Assembly: GCF_004010195.1 (NCBI RefSeq)
Contig: NC_057718.1
Location: 4,309,774 to 4,373,773, forward strand
Reading direction: 5' to 3'
From: Chiloscyllium plagiosum
Lineage: Eukaryota
DNA: 64,000 nt
Positions 28,601 through 41,415 of this stretch are shown piece by piece (positions within the stretch are counted from its first letter, which is position 1; every line of letters starts with the position of its first letter). The notes beneath the pieces are model-generated. The model had not been told where the DNA came from, did no database searches, and was given only the letters and a program-made list of their open reading frames with translations. Made by a program: the position numbers and the translations under genes.

Positions 28601-29363
28601 CTCCTTGAAAAAGTGATGATTGTGACTATGAAGCATATCATCAATTGTTGTAAAACTTCATTTGGTTCACTAATGCCCTTTCGGGAAGGAAATCGATCAT
28701 CTTTACCCGGTCTAACTGACATGTGACTCCAGACCCACAGCAATGTATTGAATCATAACTTGCTTCTGAAATGGTTGAACAAGCCACACAGTTCAAGGAC
28801 AATTTGGGGTGTTCAACAACCTCTGGCCTTGCTAGTGACACACATGAAGGAACAATGAAAAGAAGCAGTGAGTGGTCATGATCTCAACACAGATCCTTGC
28901 AGAGTAACACTAATCATCTATTGACAATTGGATCACTTGTCCATTACACCTACTGTCTTATGCCTATCCATCACAATAGGTATAGGCAATTCAGCCCATC
29001 GAACCTGCTCTCTAATTCAGTACTATCATGGCTAATCTGACACTTCAAAGCCTTTTACTCATCCCATCCCCATAAGGCTAGGCCTCTCCAATTTCCAAAT
29101 GAGGTCAATATTTAATTTCAATTCCTGGGGCTTCGACTTTAGCTAACAGTGTCTGATAAGGTATCTTATTCAGTTCCTAATGGACTTACATATAAATTAG
29201 CTCCATGGAGAATGCCCTAGCTAATATTTCCATATTTTCAAAACAATTCCATCAGATTTATCACACACATATCCATGTCGTGCCCCTCTGATCAGCTGAA
29301 CCTTTACAATTTGTTCAGTCAGCCTGTCATCGTTACAGATCCAGGAACGCCTCAATAGCAGAT

Positions 29364-30059
29364 TGTTATGAAGGTGTAGAAATGTACTGTACCTTTAAGA
29401 GAGTGAAGGACTTGCCAAGCACACCAAGTGCTGGAGACTTTGTGATGTAACATTCAGTTCAGAACAGATAGCACTGGCTCAGTTGCTATGAGACTAAAAC
29501 AAATTCGAATTTGGCCAACCAGTTTAAATGATACCCCAAAAATACCAACCTCCAATCAAGTTTGAATTGAGTATCTTGACAATCTTAAAAGCCAATGACA
29601 CAATCCGATGTTTTGGGGGTATAAGACCAAGGAAAATTGAACAATTGGGAGGAGAAGAGCCAAGCCAGCATATAGAGACTGTCCGGAAAATAGTTCTCTT
29701 AAAGGTACAATCAGTATCAATCAGTGACCTGTGAAACAGAAATCCCAAAGATGAAGAAAAGAAGACTACAGAGAAGAACCAAAAGCTGCCTGGTTTTGGG
29801 ATACTGAGTTTTGTTTTATAAATCTTAATCAGGGGTTTTATGGGACTAGCATTGTCGAAGGGGAAGGTAAAAGATAGGTTAGAGGAAGGAGTTGTAAATA
29901 GTTGTTAGTCATTCTCTATTATATTTTAAGAAACAAAGTTATTAATTTTTACAAAAAATAGTTCTTGGCCTCTCAAATTTTCACAGATTACTGCATGGGA
30001 TAAATCTTTTCTGCATTGCTGATTTAAATTAGCAGGAGAGTTTACCACATTTTGTAACA
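29364..30059 (+). repeat. 5' LTR
   Basis: TGTTATG...TGTAACA; direct repeat of 34379-35376. Confidence 0.92.
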
Positions 30060-30213
30060 GTTTAGGGGCTTGGGTCTGTGATTTGAACTGGTTTAGACAG
30101 ATTTGAATAGATTTAGGGGTATGAAAAATCCCAGCAGAAAAATCCCAGTGTCCTAGGTGAGACAATCATTTTACTTTTGATGACTTGTGGTTGATTAAAT
30201 TAAAAGTGAGTGA

Positions 30214-31450
30214 AATGGCTCTTAAAATTGCTAAAAAGGTTCTGGGATTTGAAGATGATTCTCAAATTTGCCAAGAAAGTTTAGAAGGAAATAAAAAGGC
30301 CATACTTTTAGTATTAGCAAAGAAATTAGATTTGGATTTAACCAAAGACAAAAGTAAAGCTGAAATTGTAAGGGAGTTACTCAAACACTTAGGTGTGTCA
30401 GAGAAACAGACAAGTGCAGTCGAGGTAGAAAAACTTGAATTACAATTGAGAAAAATGGAGTTAGAAGATAAACAAAGGGAGAGAAAAAGAGAAAGAGAGT
30501 GAAAAGAGAGGAAAACCAGAGAGAGAAGGTTCTTACCTGAGCAAAGAGAGAGAGAAGAAAGAGAGAGAGAAGAGAAAGAAAGCAAGAGAGAATTTGAACT
30601 TCAGAGGTTGCGACTTAGTCAGCAAAGTCAAGTTAACAGGATAGAGATTAAAAGAGAAGGTAATGATATACACAAATATTTCAAAACTCTGTCACATTTT
30701 GATGAGAAAGATATTGAAGCCTTCTTTATTTCATTTGAAAAATTGGCTAGGCAGATGGAGTGGTCCAAGGATTTATGGGTAATGCTAGTTCAGACTAAAC
30801 TGGTAGGCAGAGCTAGTGAGGTATTTGCCGCACTGTCAGATGAGGTGTCAAGAGATTATGAAGAGGTTAAGCAGGCTATTTTAAGTGGTTATGAATTGGT
30901 ACAGAAGCATAGACAGCGGTTCAGAAATACAAAGAAGGAACCAGGTCAGAATTATGCTGAATTCGAAAGAATTAAACATAGTCATTTTGATCAATGGCTG
31001 CGTGTTTTGAAAATAGATAGGACCTTTGAGACTTGAACAGAGATTGTTCTGCTGGAGGAGTTTAAAAACTCACTTTGAGGGATGGTAATTCACGTGGAGG
31101 AACAGAAAGTTCAGGAAGTGAGAAGGGCAGCAGAATTAGCAGATGAGTACATGTTGCTGCATAAGACAAGTTTCCAGCCAGAATTTCATCCTGTGAGGGA
31201 TAGAAGTTGGGAGAAGGGGAGATCCTACACTATGAAAGCAAGAGTAGGGAGCACAGGTAAGATTTTACCACAGGATAAAAAGAAGCTTGAGAGAGTGGAA
31301 AGGAGATGAAAGGCATCAGGTGTTTCCACTGTGTCAAAGTGGGACACGTAAAGTCACAGTGCTGGTCATTAAAGAAAGGTGCTGTGGGAAAAAATGTGGT
31401 AAAAGAAGCTAAGCCAGTTGCATTCGTGAAGGTAATAAAGGATACCCCAT
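30214..31450 (+). pseudogene. gag remnant (SCAN-like capsid, zinc knuckle)
   Basis: FDEKDIEAFFISFEKLARQMEW...LVGRASEVFAALSDEVSRDYEEVKQAIL; CFHCVKVGHVKSQC at about 31321. Disrupted frames. Confidence 0.85.
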
Positions 31451-31520
31451 GAAGAGTTGAGGAGCTGCAGGAGACTGGCACAGCCTAGGCAGGGGCTGGG
31501 TATGGAGTTAGTACCTGATC

Positions 31521-32034
31521 CTATCGGAAAGATGTTGTGAAACTTGAAAGGGTTCAGAAAAGATTTACAAGGATGTTGCCAGGGTTGGAGGATTTGAGCT
31601 ACAGGGAGAGGTTGAATAGGCTATGGCTGTTTTCCCTGGAGCGCTGGAGGCTGAGGGGTGACCTTATAGAGGTTTATAAAATCATGAGGGGCATGGATAG
31701 GATAAATAGACAAAATCTTTTCCCTGAGATGGGGGAGTCCAGAGCTAGAGGGCATAGGTTTAGGGTGAGAGGGGAAAGATATAAAAGTGACCTAAGGGGC
31801 AACATTTTTACGCAGAGGGTGGTACATGTGTGGAATGAGCTGCCAGAGGAAGTGGTGGAGGCTGGTACAATTGCGACATTTAAAAGGCATTTGGATGGGT
31901 ACATGAATAGGAAGGTTTAGAGGGATTTGGGTCGAGTGCTGGCACTAGATTGGTTTGGGATGTCTGGTCGGCATGGACAAGTTGGACTGAAGGGTCTGTT
32001 TCCATGCTGTACATCTCTATCACTCTATGACTCT
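31521..32034 (+). mobile_element. CR1 LINE 3' fragment inserted inside the Gypsy element
   Basis: LERVQKRFTRMLPGL...RGNIFTQRVV C-terminal ORF2 motif plus the CR1 3' tail. Confidence 0.9.
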
Positions 32035-32039
32035 ACAAA

Positions 32040-34190
32040 GAATTCACCTCTATGGGGAAAGTTTACTCAGAAAGAACAGGGGGAGAAGGGAAAGAAGTTA
32101 TAATCTTAAGAGATACAGGATCTAACCAGTCACTGATAGTAAGGGATGAACAAATTTACACTCTTTCTGATTTGTTATCTGAGAGTGTGGTCATTTGTAG
32201 GATAGATGGACAGAAATGTAGTGTTCCCCTATGCAAGATCAGGTTGGATTCCCAACTCAAGACTGGGGAAGTTTCAGTGGGAATGATTGACAGAGTGTCA
32301 GATCCAGGAATTCAGTTTGTTCTTGGGAATGATTTGGCAGGATCCAAGTTACACCTCTTGTTGTCAAGAAGCCCAAAGAAGACCAAGAAACTGAGGAGTT
32401 AAAACAGAAATATCCTGGCATTTTCCCAAACTGTATGGTAACCAAATCCCACCATCATAATTCACAGCACGAAACAAAAAGTAAAGAGAAAGATGAAGGA
32501 GTTGAGGTTCAGTTAGTGGGTACTCTGTCTGACATAATGATGCAGGAAAATCCTGAACAGGCGGAGGGTCAGACAGAAGTGCATGGTCCTGAAAGACGAA
32601 TAGACTTTCAACAACAAAACAGGATGATAAAAGATATATGTGGATGTGTACTCAAAAAAGAGGCAGAGAATATTCCAGACGGTTATTATCTGAAAGATGG
32701 AATCCTAAGGCAAAAATGGAGGCCATGGCAGGTTAGTGCAGAGGAGAAATGGGCCAAAGTGCACCAGACTGTTTTGCCGGGAGTGTTTCGGGAACCACAC
32801 AAATTCCCAGAAGGAGGTCACCTAGGGGTACGAAAAACTCAGGCTAAGGTGCAGAAAAGTGTTTATTCGCCTGGAATGCACAAGGATGTGGTTAACTTTT
32901 GCCATACATGTCATACACGCTAAATACATGAAGTAGATGTGGGGAATACTGCTCCAATAAACAGCACCCCTATTGACTTAATCCTCTCAAAGCCAGACAG
33001 GTCCAGATGGAGGTGGAGGGCATGCTCAACAAGGATGTCATTGAACCAAGCCAGAGCGAGTGGAGTTCGCCGATCGTCTTAGTGCCCAAACCAGACGGGA
33101 CCCAGCAATTCTGCGTAGATTATTGGAAGGTCAACACCATTACAAAATCAGATTCGTATCGAATTCCTAGATTGGAGGACTGTATCGAGAAAATTAGGCA
33201 AGCCAGTTACATCACCAAGTTGGACTGAAAGCGTGGTTACTGGCAGGTACCTTTATCAGAGACAGCAAAAAACATTTCTGCGTTTGTAACCCCAAATGGG
33301 GTATATCAGTTTGGAATGAAGAACGCACCCACCACATTCCAAAGCCTCATGAACAGAGTTGTGGCTAGGTTAACAAACTGTGCAGTCTATTTGGACGATG
33401 CAGTGATCTTTAGTGAGTCCTGGAAAGATCACATGGTACAGTTGGCAGAGGTCTTTGAACAACTATGAGAAGCAAAACTGGTGATGAACTTAAATAAAAC
33501 TGAATTTGAGAAAGCAGAGGTGATGTTCTTGGGACATAACATCGGTCATGGAAGATTGACCCCATGGAACGTAAAAATGAAGGTGATTAAGAAATTTCCA
33601 TGACTAATCTGAGAAAAGAGGTGCTTCCATTCTTGAGCCTAAGCGGATTCTATCAAAAAGTTTGTTCCAAACTTCAGCAGTGTCATGGCACTATTAACTG
33701 ATTGGCTGAAGAAGAACACAAAGTTTCGGTGGACAGAATAATGCTGGGAGGCATTTGACCATATGAAAACAATATTTGCCCTCGCATCAGTTTTAGCTAC
33801 ATCAAACGTTTCAAAACATTTTCAAGTGGCCATCAATGCTAGTGACATCAGAGTAAGAGCTGTACTGCTGCAGGAAGATGAGGATGGGATTGAATTGTCA
33901 GTTACTTTTCAAATAATTTAACATCCACCAGGAGAAATACTCCACAATCTAAAAGGAACTATTGAGTTTGATACTGGCCTTACAACATTTTAACATGTAT
34001 GTCATGAACAATTTGTCAGAGATGGTTGTGTACACAGATCACCATCCACTTACATTCTTAGAACACTGTAAAAACAAGAATATGATTCTATTTCATTGGA
34101 GTCACATGTTACAGACTTTTAACTTAAACATCATACATTTTTAACTTAAAAATCATAAGAATGTAATCGCAGATGTGTTATCACGGATTT
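32040..34190 (+). pseudogene. pol remnant: protease, integrase Zn finger, RT, RNase H
   Basis: ILRDTGSNQSLI; HLGVRKT...FCHTCHT; IEPSQSEWSSPIVLVPKPDG...FCVDY; AVYLDD; VYTDHHPL. Confidence 0.88.
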
Positions 34191-34378
34191 AACTGATAAA
34201 GTTTAGATGAGATTTGTATTTATTTAATTTTTTTTATATATACACACAGGTATATGGGAAGAAGTTACGGTGAACTTATATTAAACTTTCTGTATGTTAA
34301 GGTAATGTGTTTAAAAATGAAGAAAAAGAGAAGCCATCTTTTCATTGTGATGGTTCACTTTTTTTCTTGAGGGAGAGG

Positions 34379-35376
34379 TGTTATGATAGTGTATTACACC
34401 TTTAAGAGAGTGAAGGAGTAGGCAAGCACACTGAGTGCTGGAGACTTTATGGTGTAACATTTAGTTCAGAACAGATAGCACTGGCACAGTTGCTATGAGA
34501 TAAAAACAAATTCGAATTTGGCCAATCAGTTTAAATTATACCCCCAAAATACCAACCTCCAATCAAGTTTGAATTCAGTATATTGACAATCTTAAAAGCC
34601 AATGATGCTTTGGGGGTATAAGACCAGGGAAAATTGAACAACTGGGAGGAGAACTGCCAAGCCAGCATGTAGAGACTGCCCGGAAAATAGCTCTCTTAAA
34701 AGTACGCCTATTGATCAGTGACATGTGAAGCAGAAATCCCTAAGAAGAAGAAAAGAAGTCCAGAATACCAGGGACAGCACGATGGCTCAGTGGTTAGCAC
34801 TGCTGCCTTACAGCGCTAGGGACCCAGGTCCAATTCCAGTCTCAGGCAACTGTCTGTGTGGAGTTTGCACATTCTCCCTGTGTCTGTGTGGGTTTGCTCT
34901 GGTTTTCTCCCACAGTCCAAAGATGTGCAGGTCAGGTGAATTGGCCATGAGAAATTGCCTATAGTTTTAGATGCATTGGTCAGAGGGAAATGTGTCTACG
35001 TGAGTTACTCTTCGGAGGGTTGGTGTGGACTTGTTGGGCTGAAGGGCCTGTTTCCACACTGTAGGGGAATCTAATCTAATACAGAGAAGAACTAAAAGCT
35101 GCCTGGTTTTGTGATAAGAAATTTTGTTTCATAAATCTTAATCGCTGGTCTTATCAGACTAGTATTGTAGAAGGGGAAGGTAAACGATAGGTTCGAGGAA
35201 GGAGTTGTAAATAGTTGTCAGTTAATCATTCTCTGTTATAAATTAAAAAATAAAGTTGTTACTTTTTACTAAAAAACACTCTTGGCCTCTCGAATGTTCA
35301 CAGATTACTGCATGGGATTAATCCTTTCTGTGTTGCTGATTTAAATTAGCAGGAGGGTTTACTCTGTGTTGTAACA
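34379..35376 (+). repeat. 3' LTR, interrupted by a SINE
   Basis: TGTTATG...TGTAACA; extra SINE at about 34760-35079 that is absent from the 5' LTR. Confidence 0.92.
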
Positions 35377-37330
35377 AGATAGAAGGCTCACTGGTTTATC
35401 CCTGGATCCTGTCATGCAATTCCATGTTCTAAAGAAATATTTACTATTTCAGGGTATTCTTTGGAAAATTATTGTTAGGGTTCCTGCAATGTTTTCATCC
35501 TTTAAAATCCTGGATGGAAACCATCTGGTATTGGGGAATTTGTTCTAATTTTAGGGTCATTATTTTCTTCATACCTGTTTTTTTGCTTTTGTTCATTTTA
35601 GCTCTATCCTTGATCCAACAGTGGGGCTTTCCAAGAGCTATTTGGCCTGTTGACCTCCTTTAAACTCTGGCACAGAATCACCATTCAGCTGGATTGTCAT
35701 TTAATCATTTCTATTTCCATTGGTTTTCATGCCAAGTCTCCAATCTTTTTCACCCTAATATAATAATTAAAAATGTTTATGTTGATTTTAATAATGTTTG
35801 CAAATGTCTTTAAATTGCTGCTCAGTGGTTAGCACTGGTGCCTCACAGTACCAAGGTCCCAGGTTCGATTCCAGCCTCGGGCGATTATCTGTGTTGAATT
35901 TACACGTTCTCCCCATGTCTGTGTGGGTTTCCTCTGGGTGCTCCGGTTTCCTCACACAGTCCAAAGATGTGCAGGACAGGTGAACTGGCCATGCTAAATT
36001 GCCCATAGTGTTAGGTACATTAGTCAGAGGGAAATGGGTCTGGGTAGTTTACTCTTGGGAGGGTCGGTGTGGACTTGTTGGGCCGAAGGGCCTGTTTCCA
36101 CACTGTAGGGAATCTAATCATTCCTAATCTAATCATGTTGTGTGGTTGGTATCATTTGTTTTGCCAACTTTTTCTGAAGGTTGTAACACAATATTCCTGA
36201 GATCAATACAATGCAAGTGAAAGGGACTGTCCGGGGTTAATCATACAGTCATGGAACAATTCTTGGCAACCACCAATGTAACCTTTTCATTCTTCTGCAA
36301 CCTTAGAATTTTTGTTAACCTCTGAATCATCAGGATTTATGTCATTGGTTACAAATTTGAAAGCTTCTTTTATTTTTCTGTTGCCTCGTAACACATTAGT
36401 CATCCATAAACTGTTTCTTTGTAAGTAAGCTGGCCCATGGGGTAAAATTTGCTTCTCCATCCATAAAGTCCTTTTTGAACACCTCACGTTCTTCGTTCCC
36501 TATTGACTGATTTGCTCAGTTTACAGATCGCATTGAAGTTGAAATAACTCTTACATAGGCCATTATCCTGTCAGCAAGTCACTCTTCATTTACACGTGCA
36601 GAGTTCTTAACACTGCAGAACCCCTGACACTCCTGTTCATTCGGGTCAGCCAGGGCTCCCTGAATGGACCAGATTAACAGCCCCATTCAGAGACCTTTCA
36701 TTCTATGATGTCCACCTGACTGACCCCGTTACAATCGATACAGAGCGAGCTAGCATCTGAGCAGCTCTTTTATTTTCTTTCCATTTTAAACATTACATTA
36801 AACATAACCTCATTATGATCATTGTTCAGTAATTATTCACACATTGTTAGGTTCTTAACTAACTTCATCTCATCATTAAATTTAATATGTAGGTTCTGTG
36901 ACATATTGTTGCCAAAAACTTTCCCAAGCATATTCATGAAATTCCTTATTTTGTCAGCCATGTCTGTTCATTAGGTCTACATGTAAGTTCAAATATAGCA
37001 CATCCTCTAAATCTCTGCCCTGAAACATTTGCTGACTTGTGTGATGGCTATATCATTTTGGGATGCAATTTTTTTAAACACAAGTTTCAATTTGGAGAAA
37101 TTCTGGATCAACTGCACTCGGGATGTGGGGTTCCTGATCATCATGAAGTGGGGTGATATCGAGTAAAGATCAAAGACTCCCTTGTACAAAGTCCTTCTTG
37201 AGAAAATAGACCAGAGCAGCACTGTGAGAACCAAGGGACCATCTGACCCTTGAAACGCTGAAGAGTCCCATTGAGGGAATATTTACCAGGTGACCACATC
37301 CCAGAATGCAGCAAAGATCGTTTCTCATCA

Positions 37331-37336
37331 TTTATT
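37331..37336 (-). terminator. Candidate polyadenylation signal for the secreted-protein gene
   Basis: AATAAA on the minus strand about 420 bp after the stop codon. Confidence 0.45.
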
Positions 37337-37756
37337 GAAATGTTACAACTTCATATGAGTTTGAACATATGCAGTAAGTGAATAGTGAGCAGGTTTTAAT
37401 ATCATTAGCAAGCTGTTTGGAAACATGACCCTTTATATGGCATGACTGGGAAACTTAAAATGGGTGCAGGCAGTTGTTGATGTGTTGGTAATACACTGGG
37501 CCACCAACTAAAAGTATACAGTGAATAAATTGGAACAGAACAAAGAACTGAACTTAGACCAATAGAGAGAGAGTAGAAAGGATTTGTCAGGCTAAAGAGC
37601 ATTGCACATGGGAAATAGTGGCTGGTGTTTTTCGCTCATGTTTTGACCGTTTCTGCTAATACTGGAACCTCGTCAAGAAAATGAATCTGAGCATCACAGA
37701 TGTGAGCTGATTGCTAGTGAGATGTGGTGTCTAACAAGCAGCCTGCCAGCTGCCCC

Positions 37757-37910
37757 TCAGTTCTGGTATTGGATAGACTCCATTGTGTGAGACTTGCCCA
37801 TATGTTGGCTCAGTTCTGTTGAAAGAGTGTCTGACAGCTCCTCGACCTGGCTGGCAAGGAGATGGATGGCCTGCAGCATCGTGTCCATCTTCCAAACCTT
37901 CTCCTTGAAC
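37757..37910 (-). CDS. Uncharacterised secreted protein, coding exon 2 (KFKEKVWKMDTMLQAIHLLASQVEELSDTLSTELSQHMGKSHTMESIQYQN*)
   Basis: Acceptor CCTTTGTTAG, phase-compatible with the previous exon, amphipathic heptad pattern, TGA at 37757-37759. Confidence 0.75.
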
Positions 37911-38029
37911 CTAACAAAGGAGAGGACATTACTGATAGAGGATCAACCTGAAAACAACCTGTCGAGATCCACCAATCCTGCTACTGCAAAAAACCAACTC
38001 AAGGAAATATATTATTCACACATAATAAT

Positions 38030-38466
38030 ATGCGGAAGAAGCTTTACCCTGTATCTAACTCTGTGCTGTCCCTGTCCTCGGAGTGTTTTGATGGGGATAG
38101 TGATGAGACCGTTTTACTCTGTATCTAACCCATGCTCTCCCGATACTGAGAGTGTTTGATGGGGATAGTGTAGAGCAAGTTTTACCCTGTACTTAATCCT
38201 GTGCTGTCCCTATCCTGGATGTGTTTGATGAAGTCAGTGTAGAGGAAGCTTAACTCTGGGTGGTCCCTGTGCTGGGAGTGTTTGATGGGAGGACAGTGTA
38301 GAGTGAACTTTACTCTGTATCTAACCCCGTGCTGTCCCTTTCCTGAAAGTGTTTGATGGGGCCAATGTTGGGGCAGCTATACCTTGTGTGCTTCCTATCC
38401 TGGGAGTATTTGATGGGGACAATGTAGAGGAAGTTTTGCTCTGTATCTAACTCCATGCTGTCCCTG
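38030..38466. repeat. About 65-70-bp satellite-like array (also at 23185-23360)
   Basis: Repeated CTGTATCTAACCCCGTGCTGTCCCTGTCCTGGGAGTGTTTGATGGGGACAGTGTAGAG. Confidence 0.88.
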
Positions 38467-38890
38467 CTCAGTGGGTATTTAATGAGTAACTATGTGCCAC
38501 AGAAAGAAATGTTTCTGGTTCTAAACAAACACAGAAGTTGCTGGAGAAACTCAGTGCATCTGGCGGCATCGATGGAAGAGAGAAACAGCTAATGTTTCCA
38601 GTTGAATATGACTCTTTTTCTGAGCTCCCATTTGCAAAGTACTTATGTCCAGCATCTGCATTACTCTGCTTCAATTGGAAGGTTTCTATCACATGTCCCT
38701 GGTGCCCCACCCCTTTGTATTTGCTGGAGTTAAGCCCACAATCAGACCAGTTGTGATCTTATTACATGTTGGGGCAGATCCAAGGCAGTCTGTTCCAGCT
38801 CATTCCCACCTTGTAATGTCTGTAGCTATAACATTTCAGTGGTAAAGGCTAAACTTTTCCAAACCTTCATATATGCAGCTCAGTACTTAC

Positions 38891-39354
38891 TTTTTCACAT
38901 GGTTATTTGATGTTGGTTCTGAGTCAAGGGCTTGGAAGATTTCTGTCATGATGTTATTGGATAGCTCATTCTGTTGCTTAATGTCCAGGACTGTGGTGGT
39001 GATTAACGATTGGTAGCTCACTTTCCCAGTCTCTTCATTAACTGCAGTTGCTAAGCTCTCCAGAATAGAACTGCTGCCATTCAGGAGATTCTTGACGGGA
39101 TTGAGATCCTCCTGAATCAGGGAGCTAATAGCTTCCTGCTCACTGGGGATGGTTATGGAGCTGGTCAGCACTGTAATCTCACACACACTTGAGAGCTCCG
39201 GGATTCCTAATCCAGCTGCATTCTCAGGCATGAGCGTGTTGTTCAAAAGCATGGGGAAGAGAGGATCTGGAACATTAGTCTCTAACGTATAATCATCTCC
39301 AGCCTTCACCATGTAGACTCCCAGAACAAAGTGCAAGATCCACAGGAACCTCAT
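38891..39354 (-). CDS. Uncharacterised secreted protein, coding exon 1 (154 codons + 2 nt)
   Basis: Acceptor TCTTAG at 39361, then GTTACC-ATG. Hydrophobic signal peptide MRFLWILHFVLGVYMVKA. Non-repeat open frame ending at donor AA|GTAAGT (38890), phase 2. Confidence 0.8.
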
Positions 39355-39709
39355 GGTAACCTAAGAGTGAAATCAGTTAGAATTTCCATAATCTCATTTT
39401 TCATCACCAAAGTCCCAACTATTCCTAACCCATTGCAGTTTCTGGCTGGCTTCCCACTGGAACTCACAGCCTCTGTGTGTTTCAGTGTTCCCCTTTACTA
39501 TGTGTACAGATACAGGAGCTAACGCTGGGACACACACACACACACAGACCAGGCAGTGAATCATTCCCTTTCACTGGCTGTGTGCACTTGGACACTGAGA
39601 TACACAGAATATTGAAAAATAGCAAGTCCAGAAGAATCAAGACAGATTGTCTCAATTGCTGACTCAAGCTGACGTTTGAAAAAATGTTTAATTTTCTGAA
39701 ATCACCTCA

Positions 39710-39960
39710 AGCAACAAACCTGACACACATTCATCAGATATACACACACTGTCAGATATACACACACTGTCAGATACACACACCACCAGATATGTAAACA
39801 CAGCATACACATTAGATATATACACACAATATACTCATAGTCAGATACACATACACATAACACTCTCACAGTCAGATATACACATACATAACACACACAG
39901 TCAGGTATACACATAATCAGAGTCACACACACAATGCATATCATCAGATACACAGACAGA
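39710..39960. repeat. Degenerate CA-rich low-complexity repeat
   Basis: CAGATATACACACACACTGT-like units. Confidence 0.75.
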
Positions 39961-40789
39961 ACATGGACCTCATATTTGGAAAGAGCTCATTTGATGAGCA
40001 GAAATATTACCTGAAAAAAATGTTGTTGTTAATAGAGACCAACTTCTCAGATGGCTGCAGTTTCTCTGTCAGAAACACTCGCTACTTTCCTGGCTGAATG
40101 AAGTTTTAGCTGTTTACAGTTCCCTGTTATCCTGCCTAATAGAGACAGAGAGGCAGTGGGAGTTTGAAATTCTGATGTTCCAACCCCCTTTCTTTGATGC
40201 TGAGTTGTTCTGGGGCTCCTGTTGTGTTAGTTATTTTTCACAGGCAGCTTCATAGTTCAATTTCCACATCTGTAAGATGTTAATGAAATCTCGCTGCAGA
40301 CAGGACGTGGAGCTAAATACTGGCCGCAGTATTGATTCTTAAAGTGACAGTGATACCAGAAACATGCTGTTCAATTTGGGAGGGGGGGGTTTGATGAGGG
40401 GGAGCTGGGATTGTGATACAACTGAGTGTTCCCTTCAGAGTTCAATGAGTCTTTGCAGACTTACATTGCTCCCCTGTCCTACAGTTCCTCGATGTTAACA
40501 TTCTCATCATCATGTTCAAATTTCTCCATCACTTCATCTCCCCCTAGCTCTGTTACGTTCTCCAGCCCTCAGAGAAGATATCAGTCTTCAGCATTTTGCT
40601 GATGTTAATCACTCCCCTGTGATGTCCATGTCTCCAGCTGTCTGGGATCTAAGATCTGGAATTCCATCCCTAACACTCCCTTGTCTGTCTCCCTCCTCCT
40701 TTCTGATGCACTTTTATGCTTACATTTTTGACAAGATTTTTAATCACCAGAATTCAGATCTCCAACATGAAACAATTGATCACCATACC

Positions 40790-41415
40790 TGGGAGGTACT
40801 TGCCTTTATTGGTCAGTACATTGAGTAAAGGAGTTGGAATGTCATGTTGTGGCTGTACAGGACATTATTTCGGCCACTTTTGGAATATTCCTTACAATTC
40901 TGGTCTCCCTGCTACAGGAAAGATGTTGTTAAACTTGAGGGGTTCAGAAAAGATTTAAAAGAATGTTACCAGGGTTAGAGGGTTTGAGATATAGGGAGAG
41001 GCTGAACAGGCTGGGGCTTTTTTCCCTGGAGCGCAGAGGCTGAGGGGTGACCTTATACAGGTTTATAAAATCATAAAGGGCATGGATAGGATGAACAGCC
41101 AAGGTCTTTTTCCCAGCGTAGGGGAGACCAAAACTAAGGTGATTTGGGAAAGATTTAAAAGAGAACTAAGAGGCAACTTTTTCATGCAGAGGGTGTTGCA
41201 TGGATGGAATGAGCTGCCAGAGGAAATGGTGGCGGCTAGTACAATTGCAACATTCAAAAGGCATCTGGATGGGTATATAAATAGGAAGGGTTTAGAGGGA
41301 TATGGGCCAAGTGCTGGCAAATGGGACTAGATTAGTTTAGGGTATTTGGTCAGCATGGGCAAGTTGGACCAAAGGGTCTGCTTCAATGCTGTGTATCTCT
41401 ATGGCACAATGACAC
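40790..41415 (+). mobile_element. CR1 LINE 3' fragment
   Basis: RGNFFMQRVLHGWNELPEE motif. Confidence 0.88.

Larger units (their letters stand above)
29364..35376 (+). mobile_element. Decayed Gypsy (Gmr1-like) LTR retrotransposon with both LTRs
   Basis: TG...CA LTRs, AGAT target-site duplication (29360-29363 and 35377-35380), PPT GAGGGAGAGG (34369-34378). Gag, CCHC knuckle, protease (DTGS), integrase H2C2, RT (YLDD) and RNase H remnants with many stops and frameshifts. Confidence 0.93.

Noticed and set aside
37007..37234. 75-aa minus-strand ORF with a hydrophobic start
   Set aside because: Non-ATG start, no splice support, no recognisable motif.
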